A stretch of 64,000 nucleotides of DNA from contig CAZTSR010000003.1 in assembly GCA_964615995.1 (NCBI GenBank), forward strand, positions 64,327-128,326. The letters run 5' to 3'. A program made the position numbers and the translations under genes. This document shows positions 15,222 through 23,518 of this stretch, piece by piece (the stretch's first letter is position 1; every line of letters begins with the position of its first letter). This DNA comes from an uncultured Bacteroidales bacterium. GTDB lineage: Bacteria > Bacteroidota > Bacteroidia > Bacteroidales > UBA10428. A model generated the notes under the pieces. That model saw nothing but the letters and a program-made list of their open reading frames with translations, ran no database searches and was not told where the DNA came from.

Positions 15222-16097
15222 ATGAGTATTCTGGTCAATAAAAATTCGAAGATTATTGTGCAGGGCTTTACAGGCGGAGAAGGCACATTTCATGCACAGC
15301 AGATGATTGAGTATGGAACACAGGTAGTTGGTGGTATTACTCCCGGAAAAGGGGGACAAAAACACCTCGACCGACCTGTTTTTAATACGGTTGCTGATGC
15401 CGTAAAAAATACCGGAGCCGATACATCCATTATATTTGTACCTGCTGCTTTTGCTGCTGATGCCATTATGGAAGCTGCTGAAGCTGGCATTAAAGTGGTT
15501 GTTTGTATCACCGAAGGGATTCCGACGCTGGATATGGTGAAGGCAAAACAATATCTTGCCGGAAGAAATACACGATTGATTGGTCCGAATTGTCCGGGTA
15601 TTATCACACCGGGTGAAGCCAAGGTAGGCATCATGCCGGGATTTATTCATAAAAAGGGACACATCGGGATTGTATCTCGCTCAGGAACCTTGACCTATGA
15701 AGCAGTTGACCAGGTAACCAAAGCCGGAATGGGACAATCAACCTGTATTGGTATCGGAGGAGATCCCATTATCGGAACAACAACCCTGGACGCTGTAAAA
15801 CTATTCATGGATGATGCGGAAACCGAAGGTATTATAATGATAGGCGAGATTGGTGGCAGTATGGAACCGGATGCTGCACGATGGATTAAGGAAAACGGAA
15901 AGAAACCGGTTGTTGGATTTATTGCAGGGCAGACGGCTCCCAAGGGAAGAAGGATGGGGCATGCCGGTGCCATTATCGGAGGTGCTGAAGATACAGCAGC
16001 AGCAAAAATGAAGATCATGCGGGAGTGTGGAATTTATGTGGCTGAATCTCCGGCTGATATTGCTGCAACTATGGTTCAGGCAATCAAAAACAGATAA
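15222..16097 (+). CDS. sucD: succinate--CoA ligase subunit alpha
   Basis: 291 aa. Contains [20 protein letters not shown] and GHAGAIIGG (phosphohistidine loop). Confidence 0.95.
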   Translation: MSILVNKNSKIIVQGFTGGEGTFHAQQMIEYGTQVVGGITPGKGGQKHLDRPVFNTVADAVKNTGADTSIIFVPAAFAADAIMEAAEAGIKVVVCITEGIPTLDMVKAKQYLAGRNTRLIGPNCPGIITPGEAKVGIMPGFIHKKGHIGIVSRSGTLTYEAVDQVTKAGMGQSTCIGIGGDPIIGTTTLDAVKLFMDDAETEGIIMIGEIGGSMEPDAARWIKENGKKPVVGFIAGQTAPKGRRMGHAGAIIGGAEDTAAAKMKIMRECGIYVAESPADIAATMVQAIKNR

Positions 16098-16098
16098 T

Positions 16099-16656
16099 AT
16101 GCAGGTTAAAGGTACCGCTCTTCGGACTACAAGGGATTTTGTTCGTACAAACTTCCCCGGGTCGTATGACAAATGGTTGAATGCGCTGACTCCTGAATCT
16201 CAAAAGCTTTTTACATCTACGCTGGATGCTACTGCGTGGTATTCATTCAAGGATGGTTATGCTGTTCCCGTTGGAAAAATCATGGAAATCTTTTACAATG
16301 GCGATAAAAAACGTGGTGGCGAGGAACTGGGTAGTTGGAGTGCCGAATTGGGACTGAAAGGTTTTTATAAGGTGTTTTTATTAATTGCATCCCCACAATT
16401 TCTTTTGCATCGGGCTTCGAAGATCTTTACCACCTATTATGAACCAAGTCAGGTTGAAGCTTCAATTACCGACAGCAATCATGCGATCCTTCGGATTGTA
16501 AAATTCGACGATATTGATGAAGCCATCGAATACCGTATAGCCGGATGGACGCGAAAAGCTTTGGAACTTGCCAATTGCAAGGAACCTACTTACAAGATTA
16601 AGAAATCTTTATCCAAAGGCGATAGTTCAACAGACATTCATTTTTACTGGCTATAG
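16099..16656 (+). CDS. hypothetical protein (possibly DUF2378-like), tightly coupled to sucD
   Basis: Track ORF 16027..16656 overlaps sucD. I use the ATG at 16099 (MQVKGTALRTTRDFV), 1 nt after the sucD stop. The family assignment is a weak recollection only. Confidence 0.6.
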   Translation: MQVKGTALRTTRDFVRTNFPGSYDKWLNALTPESQKLFTSTLDATAWYSFKDGYAVPVGKIMEIFYNGDKKRGGEELGSWSAELGLKGFYKVFLLIASPQFLLHRASKIFTTYYEPSQVEASITDSNHAILRIVKFDDIDEAIEYRIAGWTRKALELANCKEPTYKIKKSLSKGDSSTDIHFYWL

Positions 16657-16662
16657 ATCAGA

Positions 16663-17406
16663 TTACTGTTCCAGTGCTTTAAAATTCCATTTGGTAAAAT
16701 TCTTGCTGCTTTCCAGCCTGGCTTCCAGATCATCAGGAAGCGTTGGGAAAAAGTCAATTCCTGTTATTGTTTCAAGCTCATCGACTGAGATTGCAAAAGA
16801 CTTTGGGGCACCGGAAGCCACATTACTGCGCATGATGAAACCAATAGCACGCTCACCGGTGACATCAAGAATTACCTTATAGTAGCGTAACGGAATACTG
16901 ATTTTATTCTGTCCAAATGTACCAAATGGTGCATCTGTCAATACGGGGCCGGTTACTATATATAAAGTGTTTCCTTCGGCAGCCCATTCGCGGATCAGCA
17001 TTTCCATTTTTTTCCAGACATTTTTATTGAATACCGGTTTATGTGGAGCAGTATTGGAAGTTAAAAACGTTTCTTCCACAGCCTTTGGAGAAGTATACAT
17101 GTCTTCCGGGGGTACCAGTTGACCCATAATGAAACCTGCATCTTTATAATCCTTAACTGAAGGCGACCCGGTGGTGACAAGCGGATCTTCAGAATATTTC
17201 TCTTTGAAGGTGCCTGTTGCCCTTGCCTGTTCAGGAGTTAACTGATATGCTGCCCATGAGGGAAGCTCATATCCTTCATTGTATGAAAGTGTATACATCG
17301 TATGTTTTACCAGTTGCTCACGGTTTCCGACAGACGGTAGCTCGTATTGCTGTGCCAGTCCAGGTAAACAAATCGCTCCGGCGATCAAAAAGAAAAAAGG
17401 TTTCAT
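16663..17406 (-). CDS. DNA/RNA non-specific endonuclease-family protein with a degenerate active-site motif
   Basis: 247 aa with a signal peptide. Family-like blocks are YTLSYNE, TSNTAPH..FNKNVW and TGPVL. The expected DRGH catalytic block reads IMGQ. Confidence 0.75.
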   Translation of the reverse strand: MKPFFFLIAGAICLPGLAQQYELPSVGNREQLVKHTMYTLSYNEGYELPSWAAYQLTPEQARATGTFKEKYSEDPLVTTGSPSVKDYKDAGFIMGQLVPPEDMYTSPKAVEETFLTSNTAPHKPVFNKNVWKKMEMLIREWAAEGNTLYIVTGPVLTDAPFGTFGQNKISIPLRYYKVILDVTGERAIGFIMRSNVASGAPKSFAISVDELETITGIDFFPTLPDDLEARLESSKNFTKWNFKALEQ

Positions 17407-17467
17407 AAGCGTTTTTTTTGATAATTCTCTTACGAAAGCAAGCAGTTTTTTGTTCCCAACATTTTTA

Positions 17468-17537
17468 TTGGTTGATTTGTTGATTGGTTGATTTTCGAAG
17501 AATCTTCACGTCACTTGTCACTTGTCACCCGTCACTA
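17468..17537. repeat. octamer (TTGGTTGA-like x4) and heptamer (GTCACTT x4) tandem repeats
   Basis: Read directly from the sequence. It abuts and slightly overlaps the dnaE2-like stop region. Confidence 0.6.
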
Positions 17538-20477
17538 CTAATATCGTGGGTCTTTCCGGAATGGCAGTTTAGCCATTTTTTCCACCGTAATGCTTGGAAA
17601 TCCAAATTCTTCAGTCACTGTTCCCAGAATCAGATATACCCCGTAACCCCGAAATGGGTATTGCTTTAAGGAATTGGGAAAATTGACTGTGTCAAAGAAC
17701 GCGCCCTGAGTATCCAGGAAACATCCGAAATGCATCCATTCTCCCTTCACGGTGTGAACATATTTGATGGTCACCAGGTTGCCCAGCATCCGTACCTTTT
17801 TACCCACATGCTGCATCAGATCCGCAGAGGTAATGTGACCCCGGAAATGGGTTTCCAGCATATCAAAATGTGTCATGGATATCGGAAATCCAAGCAGTTC
17901 AATTTCGTCATAAGCATCTTCCAGAAGCGTTTGTTCGAGCTCGGGCAACCGGAATTCTTTGGGCTTTTCACAGAACAGGGCAGGCATTCCTGTATTGCTT
18001 TTACTGGCACCCATGAATACATGCGCATCCCATAGCAGTTCTTTTTTAGGTTTGCCGGTGAAACGAAAGGCATCCAGGCGAATGAGAATCACCAACTGCT
18101 CAATTCCGATGGGGATACGGCAGATGAAGTCCTCAAGGCTGAGAAATATGCCGTTATTCCGGCGTTCGGTAAGAATGCATTCTACTACCTGGCTTTCCAG
18201 GTTGGCAATATGAATGAATCCTATATATACGTCGGTCCCGTAAATACAGGTTTTGAGTGTGCTTTTGTTAACACATGGAAGGTGGATGCCGGCACCCGAT
18301 CGCTGTGCCTCGTTGAAATAAACCCAGGTATGATAGAATCCGCCAAAATTGTTGATGACGGCAACCATGAATTCCTGCGGATAGTAAGTTTTCAGATAGA
18401 GACTTTGATAGCTTTCCACGGCATACGATGCAGAATGTGCTTTTGAGAAGGCATATCCTGCAAAGGACGCTACCTGTCGCCACACTTCTGATGTAAGCGT
18501 TTGGGGATAACCACGCGCATCACAATTGTCAAAGAACCGCTGGCGGATCCGTTCGAATTCGCCTTTTGAGCGAAACTTCCCGGCCATTGCACGTCTCAGA
18601 ATATCGGCATCAGCCAGATCAAGATTGGCAAAATGATGACATACCTTAATGACATCCTCCTGGTATACCATTACCCCAAAAGTTTCTTTCAGTTGCTGCT
18701 CCATGACAGGATGCAGGTAGTTGATTTCGTGCGGATTATGAAACCGCTTGATGTATTCTTTCATCATACCTGATTTAGCAACACCAGGCCGGATTATGGA
18801 GCTGGCAGCAACAAGGGTAAGGTAATTGTCGCAGCGGAGCTTTTTAAGAAGTCCGCGCATGGCGGGACTCTCAATATAAAAGCAGCCGGTAGCTTCTCCG
18901 TCGTACAGGCGCTTGTTCACCTTTTCATCCTTTTTAAAATCGGCTACGCGGTGTACGTCAACCTTAACGCCCCGGTTACTGCGGATAATATCCACGCTTT
19001 CATTGATATGTCCGATGCCGCGCTGACTTAAAATGTCAAATTTTTCAAAACCTATGGCTTCAGCCACATACATATCGAACTGGGTGGTGGGGAATCCTTT
19101 TGGAGGAAGATCCAATGCCGTGTAACATGTAATGGGCTCTTCGGAGATCAACACGCCTCCGGCGTGGATGCTCCGGCTGTTGGGAAAGTCCATAAGCTGA
19201 TTTCCCATCTGGAAAATGTTTCCCGTTATTTCATCTGCATGTACAGTTGCCGGTTCGTCCACCAGTCTGTCGATTTCCTCTTTGGGCAGCCCATATACTT
19301 TTCCCAACTCGCGGAATATGGAACGATCCCGGAATGTTGTGATTGTGCCCAGTAAGGCCGTATGCTTACTGCCATAGCGTTTGAAAATATAATCCTGGAT
19401 CTCATCCCGGTCGCGCCAGGAAAAATCAATATCAAAATCGGGCGGGGAAGTCCTTTTGGGATTAATAAAGCGTTCGAAATACAGGTTCAGCTCAATGGGA
19501 TCCACATCGGTAATTTTCAGACAATATGCCACAATGCTGTTGGCACCGCTGCCACGGCCTACATGGTAAAAACCGCGACTCATCGAATACCGGATGATAT
19601 CCCAGGTAATCAGAAAATACGAAGAGAATCCCAGCTTGTCAATAATTTCAAGTTCATGCATGATTCTTTTCCTGGCTTCTTTATTATCTAATCCATAGCG
19701 ATATAGCATGCCATCGAGGGCCAGTTTTTCAAGCAGAAGTTTGTCGTCGTAACGGCTCGCTGTAAATATCTGTTTGTTCTTAACGGAATTAAAGTCCATC
19801 CGGATTTCGCATGCATCTATCAGTCGCTCAGTATTTCTAATTATCTGAGGATAATCAGAATATAAAATAGATATAAAATCCGGGAGTAAAAAAGACTCTT
19901 TTTGAGAAGCCAACTCCGTTGGTGTAATTTTACTTAAAAGCGTATTTTTTCCGATAGCGCGAAGATGACGGTGTAGTTCGAATTCTTCTTTGGAGGCAAA
20001 GGTAACCGGTAGCAGTGCGATCAGATCTTGCTCGTAATAACGGTATCTCGAACGAACCAGTTTATTAATCTCACCGGGCCTGATACCGATAAATTCATTG
20101 TCGCCAGGCTTCAAAGGAATGGGGTGATTAAAGGGATAAATGATGTAAACATCATCTAGCCGGGGGGCACAAACCGGGAGGGGAATTTTTTCGAGATTGT
20201 GCCGGGTAAGAAAGTCGTTTATCTCCCGGTATCCATTGTTGTTTCGGGCAATAGCGATGTATAATAGCTGGAATTGTTCGTCACGGAATTCGACTCCGGC
20301 TATGGGTTTTATATGAGCCTGTCTGCATTCCCTGATAAAGTCCATCATTCCCATGGTGTTATTGATATCTGTCATCGCCAGAGCATGCACGTCATTTTTT
20401 TGTGCTTCTGCCACCAGCTTTTCCACAGGCATGGTTCCGTATTGCAGGCTATAGTATGAATGGCAGTTGAGATACAT
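17538..20477 (-). CDS. dnaE2: error-prone DNA polymerase III alpha-subunit homologue (DnaE2/ImuC-like)
   Basis: 979 aa. PHP-domain N-terminus MYLNCHSYYSLQYGTM...LAMTDINN. Shorter than the replicative DnaE. Linked to a Y-family polymerase and a LexA-like repressor. Confidence 0.85.
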   Translation of the reverse strand: MYLNCHSYYSLQYGTMPVEKLVAEAQKNDVHALAMTDINNTMGMMDFIRECRQAHIKPIAGVEFRDEQFQLLYIAIARNNNGYREINDFLTRHNLEKIPLPVCAPRLDDVYIIYPFNHPIPLKPGDNEFIGIRPGEINKLVRSRYRYYEQDLIALLPVTFASKEEFELHRHLRAIGKNTLLSKITPTELASQKESFLLPDFISILYSDYPQIIRNTERLIDACEIRMDFNSVKNKQIFTASRYDDKLLLEKLALDGMLYRYGLDNKEARKRIMHELEIIDKLGFSSYFLITWDIIRYSMSRGFYHVGRGSGANSIVAYCLKITDVDPIELNLYFERFINPKRTSPPDFDIDFSWRDRDEIQDYIFKRYGSKHTALLGTITTFRDRSIFRELGKVYGLPKEEIDRLVDEPATVHADEITGNIFQMGNQLMDFPNSRSIHAGGVLISEEPITCYTALDLPPKGFPTTQFDMYVAEAIGFEKFDILSQRGIGHINESVDIIRSNRGVKVDVHRVADFKKDEKVNKRLYDGEATGCFYIESPAMRGLLKKLRCDNYLTLVAASSIIRPGVAKSGMMKEYIKRFHNPHEINYLHPVMEQQLKETFGVMVYQEDVIKVCHHFANLDLADADILRRAMAGKFRSKGEFERIRQRFFDNCDARGYPQTLTSEVWRQVASFAGYAFSKAHSASYAVESYQSLYLKTYYPQEFMVAVINNFGGFYHTWVYFNEAQRSGAGIHLPCVNKSTLKTCIYGTDVYIGFIHIANLESQVVECILTERRNNGIFLSLEDFICRIPIGIEQLVILIRLDAFRFTGKPKKELLWDAHVFMGASKSNTGMPALFCEKPKEFRLPELEQTLLEDAYDEIELLGFPISMTHFDMLETHFRGHITSADLMQHVGKKVRMLGNLVTIKYVHTVKGEWMHFGCFLDTQGAFFDTVNFPNSLKQYPFRGYGVYLILGTVTEEFGFPSITVEKMAKLPFRKDPRY

Positions 20478-20488
20478 GGGGGATAATT

Positions 20489-20755
20489 AACAATGAACAA
20501 TGAGTAATGAGTAATAGTATTGGATGCTGGATTTTAGATGCCAGATACTGGATAAACAGTATATTATTTAAGTGATGAAGTGATGAGGTGAAGAGGAGAA
20601 GAAGGCCAGAATAAGAAATTATGAATTATGAATTATGAAATATGAATTTAGGCCTTCCGCTTCATCACCTCTTCACTTCTTCACCTCATTACCTCATTAC
20701 TTCTTCACCTCATTACCTCATCACTTCTTCACCTCATTACCTCATCACTTCATGA
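20489..20755. repeat. mosaic of 7-nt and 8-nt tandem repeats forming a long imperfect hairpin
   Basis: AACAATG/AGTAATG x4 at 20489-20516. TGGATGC-like x5 at 20521-20555. AGTGATGA-like x4 at 20571-20605. AATTATG x5 at 20617-20651. CYTCWTYA octamer x12 at 20660-20755. Confidence 0.85.
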
Positions 20756-20955
20756 AAGCATTCCTTTTTATCTGCAAGATGTGTCCTTAAAGACCGGATC
20801 GGATTTTCCGTGATCAGATAATTTCGGTAGTTCTTACGCTCCATCATGGCATATGCCCAGAGCACTAATTCATCGTGGGGTGCAGAAATGAGTCCTCCGC
20901 TCATTTCTTGCTCAAACCAACCATCCTGGTTTAAAAAGAATAATCTCCTGTTCAT
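20737..20955 (-). CDS. hypothetical small protein (72 aa) at the head of the dnaE2-like unit
   Basis: The ORF lies directly downstream of the duplicated operator module. Its 3' end runs into the octamer repeats, so the C-terminus is uncertain. No recognisable motifs. Confidence 0.35.
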   Translation of the reverse strand: MNRRLFFLNQDGWFEQEMSGGLISAPHDELVLWAYAMMERKNYRNYLITENPIRSLRTHLADKKECFHEVMR

Positions 20956-20962
20956 AAAAAAA

Positions 20963-21003
20963 TGATTATATCATAATCAAAAACGCAGATTATAATATAA
21001 TCA
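20963..21003. promoter_or_regulatory. two-site palindromic operator module, copy 1 (GATTAT-ATC-ATAATC at 20964-20978; GATTAT-AAT-ATAATC at 20988-21002)
   Basis: Two perfect GATTAT-N3-ATAATC palindromes with starts 24 bp apart. The module is about 80% identical over about 48 bp to 23247-23288. Confidence 0.6.
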
Positions 21004-21045
21004 TTTATTGAAACAACAAACGTTTCTTTAACTTTTTTAACAAAA

Positions 21046-21906
21046 TTATTGGCCGGGCTGGATAGAACCTGTGCCAGTGATGTTTTTTACAAGATCCGGG
21101 TTGCCAAAATAGATGATATTGCCGGTTCCTGCCATTGAAGCACTAAGGCTTTCTGTTACAGTGGTTCTGATATCTCCGATTCCGGTAACTGAGCAGTTTG
21201 CTGTTTTTGCATTGAGATCTGTAAGATCAATACTGCCTGATCCGCCCAATTCAACATTCAGATTCTTTACCTGGCCATATGCATAGATATAACCAACTCC
21301 TTCCATATCTACATAAAGATCATCTGAAGTGACGGCGGACCGGAATACCATTTTGCCATTTCCGCTGAGCACGATTTCTGAAAGCTGGTCGACAGGGGAT
21401 TTCACATCAATATTTCCGGTACCGCTGAGTACGATCGAATAGAGTGGGTCAGGGGTGGTGATACGAATGGTTAACCGGCTGTTTTTGACGCAGGTGTTGG
21501 CATATCCGATAACCAGGCGCTGACCGTTCATAGAAAAAGAAACAAAGTCGGCCAGGTTCTCATAATCAGAAACGCTTACCTGATATTCCGTGCCACTTGA
21601 AATTTCAATATTGCCGATTTTATTTACCTCAAGTTCAGTAAAAGCGGATACAGGAACAACTTTGGTGATCACAGAACCTTTTCCCTGAACGACCGGTTTT
21701 CCGGTAGTGTAAATATTAAAAACAGCATTTCCGGCTTGTATGGTATCGGCCGCAATGGGATGGGCAATCACAGTTGGCTCCTCAGATTCCTTTTCACAGG
21801 ATGTTGCCAGAAAAAGAATCAGCAACAGGGACCACACCATTTGAACAACCAGTTTATAACAGTTCTTACGTTTCATTTTTTTCTTTTCTTTATTTGTAAC
21901 TATCAT
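21046..21906 (-). CDS. DUF2807 / head-GIN-domain (putative adhesin-like beta-helix) lipoprotein
   Basis: 286 aa. Lipobox LFLATSC. Repeated G(S/T)G(N/D)I segments (SGTGNIDV, SGNGKMVF, GGSGSIDL, TGIGDIRT, GTGNIIYFG). The start may instead be MKRKNCYK at 21876. Confidence 0.75.
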   Translation of the reverse strand: MIVTNKEKKKMKRKNCYKLVVQMVWSLLLILFLATSCEKESEEPTVIAHPIAADTIQAGNAVFNIYTTGKPVVQGKGSVITKVVPVSAFTELEVNKIGNIEISSGTEYQVSVSDYENLADFVSFSMNGQRLVIGYANTCVKNSRLTIRITTPDPLYSIVLSGTGNIDVKSPVDQLSEIVLSGNGKMVFRSAVTSDDLYVDMEGVGYIYAYGQVKNLNVELGGSGSIDLTDLNAKTANCSVTGIGDIRTTVTESLSASMAGTGNIIYFGNPDLVKNITGTGSIQPGQ

Positions 21907-22031
21907 TCTGCCAATCTTCTATCTTAAATATCCCGTTTAAAGAAATTATCAATCAGATAGTTATTGTAACATGCAGATATACGGAGACCTATAAAAAAAA
22001 GTTGCTGAAAAATTGACGAATGTCAATTTTG

Positions 22032-23192
22032 TTATTGATTTATGTTAACGCGGGTAATGATATTTCGTCCGTATCTTTTTCGCATTTTATCAATTTCCTG
22101 ATACAGATGTACCATTTCCGGAGTGTCTTCAAAAAGATTGAGCTGTGGTGTTCCGCGAACAAGTTGACTGAGCTTAACACCAATGAGCCGGATCAGCATA
22201 CGACGCTGGTATAGTCGCTCAAAAAGCGACTTTGCAATAGCCAGTAATTTATGGTCGAAACATGTATAAGGAATACGCTGTTGCAAAGTATGGGTATCAA
22301 AATTGGAATATCTGATCTTTACGGTAATGCAAGAGGTCAGTTTCTCTTCTGTTCGCAACTCATAGGCGATTTTTTCCACCATTTTGACGAGTGTGTGATT
22401 TAGCAGGATCAGATCCGTAGTATCCGTATCAAAAGTACGTTCGGCGCTAATGGACTTTTGTTCCCAATAGGGAATCACGGGCGTACTGTCGATGCCATTG
22501 GCCTTTTTCCATATGTCAATGCCATTTTTCCCCAACACTTTTTCCATCATTTCGGGTGGAATCTGACCCAGTGTGCCAATAGTCGCCACCCCCATTGAAC
22601 GCAGTAGATGAAAGGTTTTCTCACCTATCATCGGAATTTTACTGATGGGAAGGGGATTTAAAAAAGGTTTTACAAATGGACCGGGCACCTCTTTTTCACC
22701 ATTGGGTTTTGCTTCGCCGGTGGCAATTTTTGAAACCGTTTTATTTATAGATAACCCCCATGATATAGGCAATCCGGTTTGTTTTATAATTTCCTTTCGT
22801 AATTCCTGTGCCCACTTCTGACATCCAAAAAAACGGTCCATTCCCGTCAGGTCAATATAGTGTTCATCAATGGATGCCTTTTCATACACCGGCGACCGCT
22901 CAGCAATGATATCCGTAACAATACCCGAATACTTGCTGTACAAATCCATATCACCCTTCACAACAATCGCATCACCACATAGTTGCCGGGCCATTTTCAT
23001 CGGCATCGCCGAATGCACTCCATATTTACGGGCTTCATAGCTGCAACTGGATACCACGCCGCGTCCCGATAAACTTCCTATTACAACCGGTTTATCTTTC
23101 AATTTTTTGTTAATCAGTCGCTCCACTGATACAAAAAAACTGTCCAGATCCAGATGGACAATGCTGCGTCCCATATTTTCGTTCTCCAACAT
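22032..23192 (-). CDS. dinB: DNA polymerase IV (Y-family)
   Basis: 386 aa. Contains IVHLDLDSFFVSVE and SIDEHYIDLTG, so the catalytic acidic residues are retained. The start may be MGRSIV at 23174. Confidence 0.9.
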   Translation of the reverse strand: MLENENMGRSIVHLDLDSFFVSVERLINKKLKDKPVVIGSLSGRGVVSSCSYEARKYGVHSAMPMKMARQLCGDAIVVKGDMDLYSKYSGIVTDIIAERSPVYEKASIDEHYIDLTGMDRFFGCQKWAQELRKEIIKQTGLPISWGLSINKTVSKIATGEAKPNGEKEVPGPFVKPFLNPLPISKIPMIGEKTFHLLRSMGVATIGTLGQIPPEMMEKVLGKNGIDIWKKANGIDSTPVIPYWEQKSISAERTFDTDTTDLILLNHTLVKMVEKIAYELRTEEKLTSCITVKIRYSNFDTHTLQQRIPYTCFDHKLLAIAKSLFERLYQRRMLIRLIGVKLSQLVRGTPQLNLFEDTPEMVHLYQEIDKMRKRYGRNIITRVNINQ

Positions 23193-23246
23193 ACTTCCTC
23201 ACTTTTACAATGGACATCTGTCTGAATTGTTAATAACTTTTAGATT

Positions 23247-23288
23247 TGATTATTTTATAATCAAAATACATGATGATAATATAATCAT
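23247..23288. promoter_or_regulatory. two-site palindromic operator module, copy 2 (GATTAT-TTT-ATAATC at 23248-23262; GATGAT-AAT-ATAATC at 23272-23286)
   Basis: Same architecture, spacing and orientation as copy 1. It lies in the divergent dinB / LexA-like intergenic region. Confidence 0.6.
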
Positions 23289-23295
23289 ATTTTAT

Positions 23296-23303
23296 TATAT
23301 TTG
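23296..23303 (+). promoter_or_regulatory. -7 box TATATTTG, candidate promoter of the LexA-like gene
   Basis: Exact TAnnTTTG match just downstream of operator copy 2. It would give a 5' UTR of about 210 nt that contains the heptamer mosaic. Confidence 0.35.
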
Positions 23304-23320
23304 CAAGAGGGAAGGGAAGG

Positions 23321-23453
23321 GGTGACTGGTGACAGGTTACAAGTGACAAGAGATGAAGTAATTATGAATTATGAATTATGAATTATGAATGGGATTACAG
23401 TATTACTCATTACTCATTACTCATTATTCTACCTCGTCACTTGTCACTCTGCG
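23321..23453. repeat. 19 consecutive phase-coherent heptamers (GGTGACW, AGTGACA, TATGAAT x4, ACTCATT x3, CTTGTCA)
   Basis: Read directly from the sequence. A single 7-nt register is kept across about 133 nt although the motif changes. The outer GTGACAAG / CTTGTCAC units are inverted. Confidence 0.85.
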
Positions 23454-23518
23454 GTAACATCGAACACTGAATCATGATTTAAGAAGTTTCCTTCAAATTA
23501 AATATAAACATTTACATC

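Noticed and set aside
15204-16172. Several minus-strand ORFs (15204..15662, 15290..15634, 15695..16018, 15801..16172)
   Set aside because: All are antisense to the unambiguous sucD frame. Their Ala/Pro/Ser-rich composition is typical of shadow frames.
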